Of a DNA stretch of 64,000 nt, positions 9,931 through 18,700 are shown one piece after another; positions within the stretch are counted from its first letter, which is position 1; every line of letters starts with the position of its first letter. The DNA comes from an uncultured Clostridia bacterium (lineage in GTDB: Bacteria > Bacillota > Clostridia > Christensenellales > UBA1242): positions 6,131-70,130 of the forward strand of contig CALWEH010000012.1 of the NCBI GenBank assembly GCA_944377145.1. Reading direction: 5' to 3'. A program made the translations under genes and the position numbers. The notes under the pieces were generated by a model, which was not told the origin of the DNA, did no database searches, and was given only the letters and a program-made list of their open reading frames with translations.

Positions 9931-9955
9931 AAAAACGCTAAATAGCGTTTTTTTT
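9931..9955 (+). terminator. Rho-independent terminator after rsmG
   Basis: AAAAACGCT (9931-9939), loop AAAT, AGCGTTTTT (9944-9952), with the T-run continuing. Confidence 0.7.
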
Positions 9956-10052
9956 ATTTAGCAATATTTTATTTTTAAATTTTTAAGAATTTATTATATT
10001 AAAAATAATATTTTTATAAATAAAAACTTTTAAAAAAATGTGTAAAATTTAG

Positions 10053-10080
10053 TTACAAAGTTTTTTATTTATGATATAAT
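10053..10080 (+). promoter_or_regulatory. Sigma-A type promoter for soj-spo0J
   Basis: TTACAA (10053-10058), a 16-nt spacer, then extended -10 TGaTATAAT (10072-10080). Confidence 0.55.
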
Positions 10081-10096
10081 CTATTTAGAGGTGAAT

Positions 10097-10858
10097 ATGG
10101 GCAAGATAGTATCAATTACAAATCAAAAAGGTGGAGTTGGTAAAACTACCACATGTGTTAATTTAGCAGCATTTATTGTAAAAGCTGGGAAAAAAGTATT
10201 AATTATAGATATGGATCCTCAAGGAAATGCTTCTAGTGCAGTTGGAGTAGAACCAAACAAAGATGAAAATACAATATATGAAGTATTATTGGGAGAATGT
10301 TTAACAAAAGAAGCTATTTATCCTAGTGTTATGCCAGGACTAGATGTGATACCAAGTACAATAGATTTGTCTGGGGCTGAAGTTGAGTTAGTACATTTAA
10401 ATAATCGTGAAAATATTTTAAAAGAAGCTATTTTACAAATAAAAGATGAATATGACTTTATATTTATAGATTGTCCCCCATCATTGAGTTTGTTAACTGT
10501 TAATGCTTTGACAGCTACAGATAGTATAATAATACCTATACAGTGTGAGTATTTCGCTTTAGTGGGGTTAGGACAATTAATGAATACAGTAAAACTAATA
10601 AAAAAACATTTAAATCCAAATATTGAAATTGAAGGAGTATTGCTTACAATGAAAGATGCTCGTTCAAATCTTGTGAATCAAGTGGCTATAGAAATACAAA
10701 ATTATTTTAAAGAAAAAGTATATAAAACATTTATTCCAAGAAATATAAGATTAGCAGAATCCCCTAGCCATGGTCAACCTATTACAATGTATGACGCAAA
10801 GAGCAAAGGGGCTATAGCATATCAAAATTTAGCTAAAGAATTTATGGAAAGTAATTAA
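10097..10858 (+). CDS. soj: Chromosome partitioning ATPase ParA/Soj
   Basis: Deviant Walker A NQKGGVGKTTT. GAGGTG SD precedes ATG 10097 (the track starts at GTG 10091). Confidence 0.92.
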   Translation: MGKIVSITNQKGGVGKTTTCVNLAAFIVKAGKKVLIIDMDPQGNASSAVGVEPNKDENTIYEVLLGECLTKEAIYPSVMPGLDVIPSTIDLSGAEVELVHLNNRENILKEAILQIKDEYDFIFIDCPPSLSLLTVNALTATDSIIIPIQCEYFALVGLGQLMNTVKLIKKHLNPNIEIEGVLLTMKDARSNLVNQVAIEIQNYFKEKVYKTFIPRNIRLAESPSHGQPITMYDAKSKGAIAYQNLAKEFMESN

Positions 10859-10879
10859 TAAATAAAAAAGAGGTGGTTT

Positions 10880-11797
10880 ATGAAAAGAGGTTTAGGAAAA
10901 GGCTTAGAAGAATTGCTAGCAATATATGACACAGAAGAAAAAAATAGCAGAGAGAAAGAAAATTTAAATATTGAAAATCAATCATATAATGTTGCTGAAA
11001 ATAATAAGAGTGGTTCTGCAAAGGGTGACGTATATAAAATAAAACTTAGTGAAATTTATCCAAATCCAAATCAGCCAAGAAAAAACTTTGACCAAGAAAG
11101 TTTGGAAGAATTGGCAGAGTCTATAAGAGTACATGGATTAATTCAGCCAATTATTGTAAATAAAATGGATGACGGATACTTAATTATTGCTGGAGAAAGG
11201 CGTTATAGAGCTTGTAAATTAGCAGGATTAACTGAAATAGATGCCATTGTTAAAAATTATACTAGCAGACAAATAGCAGAAATTAGTATTATTGAAAATT
11301 TACAGAGAGAAGATTTAAATCCAATAGAAATTGCAAAAAGTTTACAAAAGCTTATGCAAGAATATAACATTACTCAAGATCAAGTTGCAGCTAGAATAGG
11401 AAAAAATAGATCTACTATAGCAAACTATGTAAGATTATTAACTCTTTATCCAGAAGTTATAGATATGATTGAAAAAGGAAAGATATCACATGGACATGCA
11501 AAATGTTTAGTTGCTGTTACAGACTACCCTACTCAATTAATGCTTGCAAAGAAAATAGCTCAAAATAAATTAACAGTTCGTGCTTTAGAAAAAGAAATAG
11601 ACTTACTATTAGGGAAAAATAAATCCAAGAAACCATCATTACTTCCTTCTCAAGAATTAACAATGTTTATAAATGAATTACAGCGAAAACTTGGAACAAA
11701 GGTAACATTATTAGGCAACGATAAAAAAGGAAGGATTTACATAGACTATTATTCACAAGATGATTTAGATAGAATTTATGATGTAATATTAAAATAA
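10880..11797 (+). CDS. spo0J: Chromosome partitioning protein ParB/Spo0J
   Basis: 305 aa with the ParB box IIAGERRYRAC and an HTH region (ITQDQVAARIGKNRSTIANYVRLL). Adjacent to soj. Confidence 0.92.
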   Translation: MKRGLGKGLEELLAIYDTEEKNSREKENLNIENQSYNVAENNKSGSAKGDVYKIKLSEIYPNPNQPRKNFDQESLEELAESIRVHGLIQPIIVNKMDDGYLIIAGERRYRACKLAGLTEIDAIVKNYTSRQIAEISIIENLQREDLNPIEIAKSLQKLMQEYNITQDQVAARIGKNRSTIANYVRLLTLYPEVIDMIEKGKISHGHAKCLVAVTDYPTQLMLAKKIAQNKLTVRALEKEIDLLLGKNKSKKPSLLPSQELTMFINELQRKLGTKVTLLGNDKKGRIYIDYYSQDDLDRIYDVILK

Positions 11798-12300
11798 ATA
11801 AAAAATATTAAAAATAAAAAAATAAATAATTAAAAAATACCGTATTTTATTAAAAAAGCGGTGTTTTTTATTGTTTTATTTAAAAAAATAATATTTTTTT
11901 ATTTTTTCAATATTTAATTTTAATTATTTCTATTTATTTTTAATATTTTTCCATATAGAACATTTATTTTATTTTCAATTATTTCCACATGGAAAAAAAA
12001 TAATGATAGAAAGCATTTTTATATTTTATTTGCAAAAAATAAATATACGTAAATTTTAATACAGCTATAAATAATGCAAACACAGTTATTTTAAGTTAAA
12101 GTAATTTGCAATAAAAAAATACAAACAAAAAAGAGATTTGATGAGATGTGTGTCTGCTGTTAGAGATATTATCAATGTTATCATTGCGGGACTGTATAAA
12201 AACTGCGTAAGCAATAAATGCGTTAATACCCGTGTGCGTCAAAAAATGCAAATCAAAAAAATATATTAAAGCGCATTTTTTATTTTTAATTAAATAAGAG

Positions 12301-12329
12301 TTGACTTTTTTATAAAAAAATGGTATTAT
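12301..12329 (+). promoter_or_regulatory. Sigma-A type promoter positioned to give a leaderless transcript
   Basis: TTGACT (12301-12306), a 17-nt spacer, then TGgTATTAT (12321-12329). The A of ATG 12336 is exactly 7 nt after the -10 hexamer, and no SD lies in between. Confidence 0.5.
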
Positions 12330-12335
12330 AAATGT

Positions 12336-13856
12336 ATGAAAAAGATATTAAAAAGCATTATGGTGTATTTAGGGGTTATCGTACTTGCTTTATTAGCTAC
12401 GATTATTTTTTGCATGGCCTTTTTATTCTTTTATAGAGATGGCAATGTATTTGGAATTAAATATATTAGCACTAAAGAAATGATATACGCTTATAGCGAT
12501 GAGGATTTAAGTGGTGCTGAAACTATAAAGATTATAAGCGGTGATTATCCTGTGGAGCTTAGAACTAGTGCTAGTTTAGACGAAATTGCAGGTGCAATGA
12601 GCAATAGAGTGTTTGGATATGCGCATCAATCAAATATCCAGGCAAGTTTTAGCGTTGAGTATGATAGCGCTACAAAGACAGTAGTATTCTCAGGCACTGA
12701 GCCTGAAGGCTGGTTAAATAAAAGTGGATCAAATATTCAAGTTGCAATTCCTGAAAAAGATATTAATAAAGGTTATAATATAATTATTGAAACTAAAAAA
12801 GGAAATATTAATATAAATAATGAAGATTTATTTACTTTAGGTAAAATTGAAATAAATTCTACTAAAGGAGATGTAAATTTTGAAAATATATCATTTTCTG
12901 GAGATGTTATTACTAATATTGGAAGTGGAAATTTAAATGTTGATACATCGTGTGAAACTGTTGATGATATTAATTGGACTGTTGGTGTAGACAGTGGAGA
13001 TATTAATTTAGCGGAAATTAATAGTGAAAAATTCTTTTTAAATTCATTAAAAATAACAAAAAATACTAAAGGAAGAATATATGTATTAAAAGCAGAATCT
13101 GTGTCAACTGACGGAATACTTGATAGTGGTGGAAGGCTTTATATTCGAGAAGTGTCATATTTAGATTTAGCGATGAAAGATACCTATATTAAAATAAATA
13201 AAATAGTAGGTACTGTTCAATCTAGAATTAGAGTTAGTGGAAATGGAGATGTTGAAATAGATTCAGTTGGAAATTCTGTTTTGTTAATTGAAGGGCATAA
13301 TGGAGATGTGAATATAGCTAGCGCTATAGGAGCTATGTCAATCTCTACAAATCAGGGTGCAATAAATATTGCAGACGCTGTTATGGAAATTAATGCAATA
13401 ACTAACTATGGGGATATTAATATTAAATTTAATGAAAATGCTTGGAATTACACTGAAGGTGCTGACATAAAATCTAGATTTGTTACAGCTATTACAGATA
13501 ATGGGCATATTAATATTGACGGTTTACAGCGTGGCGTGATTACAGCAAATGATAAAGGTAGAATAACTTTAAATTATAATAAAGTGGTTGGTGATAATGT
13601 TATAAAAGCTAATTCTGGAGCTGTAAATATAGTAATTCCTGCTGCTCCTATTAATGCTGGAAGCGATTGGGCTGTGTCTTTAAAATTAAACACTGAAGTT
13701 AATGCAGATGTTGAAGCCGGAGTGGTGAAATGGCATGGATATGGAAATGCTGAATTTACAAATATTTATAATGAAACATCTGTTTCTACATCTAATATAT
13801 TAAATGTTACAGCTAGTACAGGAATAGTAAATATTAGAAGTGAAGATTTAATATAA
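12336..13856 (+). CDS. Membrane-anchored beta-helix repeat protein (DUF4097-like, putative)
   Basis: 506 aa with an N-terminal TM helix (YLGVIVLALLATIIFCMAFLFFY). Many short repeats of G-(D/A/N/H)-(I/V)-N-(I/L/V) follow (GNININ, GDVNFE, GNLNVD, GDINLA, GDVNIA, GAINIA, GDINIK, GHINID, GAVNIV, GIVNIR), as in DUF4097/LiaG-type proteins. Confidence 0.5.
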   Translation: MKKILKSIMVYLGVIVLALLATIIFCMAFLFFYRDGNVFGIKYISTKEMIYAYSDEDLSGAETIKIISGDYPVELRTSASLDEIAGAMSNRVFGYAHQSNIQASFSVEYDSATKTVVFSGTEPEGWLNKSGSNIQVAIPEKDINKGYNIIIETKKGNININNEDLFTLGKIEINSTKGDVNFENISFSGDVITNIGSGNLNVDTSCETVDDINWTVGVDSGDINLAEINSEKFFLNSLKITKNTKGRIYVLKAESVSTDGILDSGGRLYIREVSYLDLAMKDTYIKINKIVGTVQSRIRVSGNGDVEIDSVGNSVLLIEGHNGDVNIASAIGAMSISTNQGAINIADAVMEINAITNYGDINIKFNENAWNYTEGADIKSRFVTAITDNGHINIDGLQRGVITANDKGRITLNYNKVVGDNVIKANSGAVNIVIPAAPINAGSDWAVSLKLNTEVNADVEAGVVKWHGYGNAEFTNIYNETSVSTSNILNVTASTGIVNIRSEDLI

Positions 13857-13877
13857 AAAATATAAAAAAAATTAATA

Positions 13878-13925
13878 AAAAAATCACAGATAGCTATAAA
13901 ATAGTATTATTTGTGATTTTTTATT
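13878..13925. terminator. Imperfect bidirectional terminator between convergent genes
   Basis: AAAAAATCACAGATAGCTAT...ATAGTATTATTTGTGATTTTTT forms a long imperfect hairpin flanked by an A-run and a T-run. It lies between the 12336-13856 gene and gpsA. Confidence 0.5.
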
Positions 13926-13955
13926 ATTTTTAATTAATTTATTTTTTATTTATTT

Positions 13956-14924
13956 TTAATAAAATTCTTTTTTATTTTCACGTTCAAATAATTGTGTTAA
14001 TATTTCTTGCAATGTTGAATTGTGATGTAAAATATTGTAAATAGCATTGGTAATTGGAAGTTCAATATTTAATTTATCTGCCATCTTTAACATAGCACTT
14101 GCTGTGGCTACTCCTTCTGCAAGCTTTGTAAAAGGTTCGCCTTTAACAAATTGTTCGCCAAAACGCCTATTATTGCTATGAGGAGAAAATAAAGTGGCTT
14201 CATAATCGCCTAAATGACATAACCCATAAGCAGATAAAGGATTTCCTCCTAAAGCTTTAATTAGCCTGGATACTTCATTAGCTCCTCTTGCCATTAAGGC
14301 TCCTTTTAATACTGAATATCCCAATCCGTCAAGCATTCCTGCTCCTACTCCCATAACATTTTTAGCAGCTGCTCCAATTTCACTTCCAATTATATCACAA
14401 CCCAAATAAAATCTAATTAAATTGCTAGAAAAAGCTTTTACTAAAGTTTGTATTAATTCAGGATTATAACTATCTATCAACATGCAATTTGGAACTTTTC
14501 TTACAAATTCTTGAATATGCCCAGGTCCAACCCAAACGGAAATGTTGTTTTTTGGAACACCAAATTCTATCAATACTTCAGAAAGTCGTTTTCCAGTACA
14601 GTCTTCTATTCCTTTCATACATAATACATAAGTTTTATTTTTATAACCAGGAAATTTTATTATATTGCTCATCAAATCTCTAACAGCTTGAGATGAAATA
14701 GATATTATAATTATATCACTAAAATTTAAAGCTTCATTTAAATCATGAGTTAAATTTATATTTTTAGAAAATTCCACATATTCATTTTTTCGTGTTGCAA
14801 TTAAATTGTCTAAAAGCGGATCATTGCTTCTTCCCCAAACTGTTACAGGGTAGTTTTTTATATTGTCCATATACCATGCTATAAAAGACCCCCACCTTCC
14901 ACAGCCTAAAAGTGTTATATTCAT
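13956..14924 (-). CDS. gpsA: NAD(P)H-dependent glycerol-3-phosphate dehydrogenase
   Basis: Rossmann N-terminus ITLLGCGRWGS and GpsA core (MKGIE, IGSEIGAAAKNVMGVGAGMLDGLG, ARGANEVSRL, GLCHLGDYEATL). GGAGG sits 5 nt upstream of ATG 14924, and the track TTG at 14936 overlaps that SD. Confidence 0.85.
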   Translation of the reverse strand: MNITLLGCGRWGSFIAWYMDNIKNYPVTVWGRSNDPLLDNLIATRKNEYVEFSKNINLTHDLNEALNFSDIIIISISSQAVRDLMSNIIKFPGYKNKTYVLCMKGIEDCTGKRLSEVLIEFGVPKNNISVWVGPGHIQEFVRKVPNCMLIDSYNPELIQTLVKAFSSNLIRFYLGCDIIGSEIGAAAKNVMGVGAGMLDGLGYSVLKGALMARGANEVSRLIKALGGNPLSAYGLCHLGDYEATLFSPHSNNRRFGEQFVKGEPFTKLAEGVATASAMLKMADKLNIELPITNAIYNILHHNSTLQEILTQLFERENKKEFY

Positions 14925-15118
14925 ATTTTCCTCCAAACTTTTTTATATCATAAATCTTTTTTTATATAATTGTCAATTAATTTAGAGCCGTTACAACCAA
15001 ATTTATTATTTTTAATATAAGTTTTTTAAATAACTATATAAAAACTTATGAAGAATTAAAATATTGTCCTTTACTATTTGTATATATTGGAGTTCCTCCA
15101 AAACTAATTTGCCACATT

Positions 15119-15220
15119 AGTAAAAATACAATAACTAAGTAAAATACAATAACTAAGTAAAATACAAAAAGACAATAACTAAGTAAAATACAAAAAGACA
15201 ATAACTAACAATAACTAAAG
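15119..15220. repeat. Intergenic tandem repeat array 1 (18/26-nt units)
   Basis: The core CAATAACTAA occurs 5 times (15129, 15147, 15173, 15199, 15209). It is embedded in units GTAAAATACAATAACTAA (x2) and GTAAAATACAAAAAGACAATAACTAA (x2). Confidence 0.9.
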
Positions 15221-15286
15221 CTGTAAAATATAAATCTCTTTATATATAATGCCTATTATAAATTGTAATGGATATTACAAACTAAA

Positions 15287-15347
15287 AAATTTAAATACAT
15301 GAAATTTAAATATATGAAAATTTAAATACATGAAAATTTATATAAAA
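15287..15347. repeat. Intergenic tandem repeat array 2 (15-16-nt units)
   Basis: AAATTTAAATACATG / AAATTTAAATATATG / AAAATTTAAATACATG, followed by a degenerate fourth unit. Confidence 0.85.
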
Positions 15348-15567
15348 ATTATTAAAAATTACATAAAAAATATTAAAATTTTAAACTGAAATTAAAAAAT
15401 AATAAAAAATTGTATTTATGCTATTTTTTAGCAAAATTTTAAGCATTTTAATTAATTTTTAAATTTTTATTTTAATTTTTAAATATTACAATTATGTGAA
15501 ATTATTAAAAATAATTGTGCAAGATTTTTGTAATAAAATTTGTTAAATAAAAATTTACAAAAAATAT

Positions 15568-15597
15568 TTGACTAAAAATGTCGCCTTTTGTTATAAT
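15568..15597 (+). promoter_or_regulatory. Near-consensus sigma-A promoter of the giant surface-protein gene
   Basis: TTGACT (15568-15573), an 18-nt spacer, then extended -10 TGtTATAAT (15589-15597). This predicts a leader of about 110 nt before ATG 15715. Confidence 0.65.
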
Positions 15598-15714
15598 ATT
15601 AATAAATATTAATATTCATTTGAAAGTTTGGTGTTAAGGGTTTGGATCAAGGTTTAAAAATTTTTGAATGATAAACTTGTGGCGATGCGAGATAAAATTT
15701 AGGGGAGAGGATTT

Positions 15715-18700
15715 ATGAAAAGTATAAAGAAAATTTTAATTCCAGTGATTATAGGGGTGGTTATACTCACTTCAGCTATTATAGCCTCTGTTGTGGGAAT
15801 TAAAGTTAAACAAAATAAGGAAGATAATGCAGTTCAAGATCAGGTTGAAATTGAAGATACTCAAACCTCAGGAGCTGCAGCTAATACAATCTCTTGGGGA
15901 TCTAACCAGGGAACTGTTACTTTCACTACTGGAACCAACTATACTTCTACCACTTCTTATTACATCACTTTTACATTGAGACAATCAGTTGGTACTGTTG
16001 CTACATATAACAGAAGAATGACGGGTGGTGGAACTTCATATACTTGGAATTTTTTATCTTATCTAGATTCGTCACATTTGAATTTAGCTTATAGGAGTGT
16101 ATATGTACAAGTTCAAATGAGACGATCAAGTTATACAGGCACAGTTTTATCTTCTGTTAAAACTGCCTCTAAAAACATTATTTCTATTAAAGCAGATCCT
16201 AATGGGGGAAGATGGGATACTACTTCAGCTATAGGAGATTGGTCTTCAACATCTAGCTCAACAGGATCTAGAACTAGATATCTTCTTGAAGGGCAAATAT
16301 TGACTTCTTCTTGTTTTATTACAAGTGCAACTTATTTGTCAAGACGTGGTTATACATTAAGAAGTAGTGGAGGGTGTTTTTGGTATGCAGACAGAAATGC
16401 CTCTATGATAGCTACATCTTTATTCCCTTCAGATGGAACCACTTATTATGCAGGTTGGCAAGTAAATAGTGAAGTGTTTAATGAAGGATATTTCCTTACA
16501 GGAGAATTTTTTGGAACTAATTCTGGATATGGATCAACTAAAAGTGTGATATATGGCACAGATCTTGGCTCTACAGGAAGTATGTATTTTTCAGGAACTA
16601 TTCCAGATGGAATTGCGGCAAATTTTTCCGTTTATTGTTCATATAATGATGGTGATTATGAACAAACTTATAGTATAAATAATTATTCGACAGCTACTGG
16701 ACAGATGGATTTTGATAACTTTATGTCCTCTAAAAATGCAGGAACTTATAAATTCTATGTCTATGCGTTTCTTTATGGAACTAATTGTTATAATGGACCT
16801 TATGCATACGTCTCAACAAAGACTTCTTCCACTTACACTCTAACCATTACCAAGGCGAATATTTCACCTAGCGTAAGCATGAGTGGATACACTTATGGAG
16901 GAACTAAGTCTAGCCCAAGCATAAGCGGAAACTCTGGCGGAGGAAGTGTAACATATTATTATAATACCTCTAATAGTAATAGCAATGGTACAGCATGGAG
17001 TAATGTATCATCTTCAACCTCACTAAATGCTGGAACATACTATATGTATGCAGTGGTAGCTGCTACTACAAACTACAACGGAGCTACTACAGCTACCAAA
17101 TCATTTACAATATCAAAAGCAAGCATTTCACCTAGCGTAAGCATGAGTGGATACACTTATGGAGGAACTAAGTCTAGCCCAAGCATAAGTGGAAATACAG
17201 GTGGAGGAAGCGTAACATATTATTATAATACATCTAATAGCAACAGTGGTGGAACAGCATGGAGCAATGTATCGTCTTCAACTTCGCTAAATGCAGGAAC
17301 ATATTATATGTATGCAGTGGTAGGGTCTACTACCAACTATAACGGAGCTACTACAGCTACTAAGTCATTTACAATAGCAAGAGCAACAGGCTCAGTAAGC
17401 ATAAGTCCAGCAAGCAGAACAGTGACTTATGGTACATCTAGCACAACCTTTACAGTAAGTGGAACAGGAACATTATCAGCAAGTGATAATAATGGAACTG
17501 TTTCAGTGAGTGTAAGTGGAAGCACTTTAACTGTATCAAACCTAGCATCAATAAATGCTGGAACAACAATTACAGTAACAGTAACAGCAGCACAGTCTAC
17601 AAACTACAACTCAGCAAGCAAAACTTGTACTGTTACAATAACCAAAGCAAATATTTCGCCAACAGTAAATATGAGCGGTTACACTTATGGAGGAACAAAG
17701 TCTAGCCCAAGTGTAAGCGGAAACTCTGGCGGAGGAAGTGTAACATATTATTACAATACTTCAAATAGCAACAGTGGTGGTACAGCATGGAGTAGTGTAT
17801 CTAGTTCAACATCACTAAATGCTGGTACATATTATATGTATGCAGTGGTAGGTTCTACAACAAACTACAATGGAGCTACCACAGCTACTAAGTCATTTAC
17901 AATAGCAAGAGCAACAGGCTCAGTAAGCATAAGTCCAGCAAGCAGAACAGTGACTTATGGTACATCTAGCACAACCTTTACAATAAGTGGAACAGGCACA
18001 TTATCAGCCAGTGATAATAATGGAACTGCTACAGTAAGTGTAAGCGGAAGTACTTTAACTGTATCAAACCTAGCATCAATAAATGCTGGAACAACAATTA
18101 CAGTAACAGTAACAGCAGCACAGTCTACAAACTACAATTCAGCAAGTAAAACTTGTACTGTTACAATCTCAAGAGCAACAGGTTCAGTAAGCATAAGTCC
18201 AGCAAGCAGAACAGTGACTTATGGTACATCTAGCACAACCTTTACAGTAAGTGGAACAGGCACATTATCAGCAAGTGATAATAACAGTACAGCTACAGTA
18301 AGTATAAGCGGAAGCACATTAACAGTATCAAACTTATCATCAATAAGTGCTGGAACAACAATTACAATAACAGTAACAGCAGCACAGTCTACAAACTATA
18401 ACTCAGCAAGTAAAACTTGTACTGTTACAATCTCAAGAACAACAGGTTCAGTAAGCATAAGTCCAGCAAGCAGGTCATTAGCTTATGGAACAAGTAGTAC
18501 AACCTTTACAGTAAGTGGAACAGGCACATTATCAGCAAGTGATAATAACAGTACAGCTACAGTAAGTATAAGCGGAAGCACATTAACAGTATCAAACCTA
18601 GCATCAATAGGAGCGGGAACAACAATTACAGTAACAGTAACAGCAGCACAGTCTACAAACTACAATTCAGCAAGCAAAACTTGTACTGTTACAATATCTA

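Noticed and set aside
11982-11995. Inverted repeat TTTCCA-CA-TGGAAA in the spo0J downstream spacer
   Set aside because: It is a short 6-bp-arm repeat in AT-rich DNA, not positioned relative to any promoter I could identify, and likely occurs by chance.
15119-15347. Possible CRISPR array upstream of the giant gene
   Set aside because: The units are only 10-26 nt, they are directly abutting without unique spacers of comparable length, and no cas genes are present. These are simple tandem repeats.
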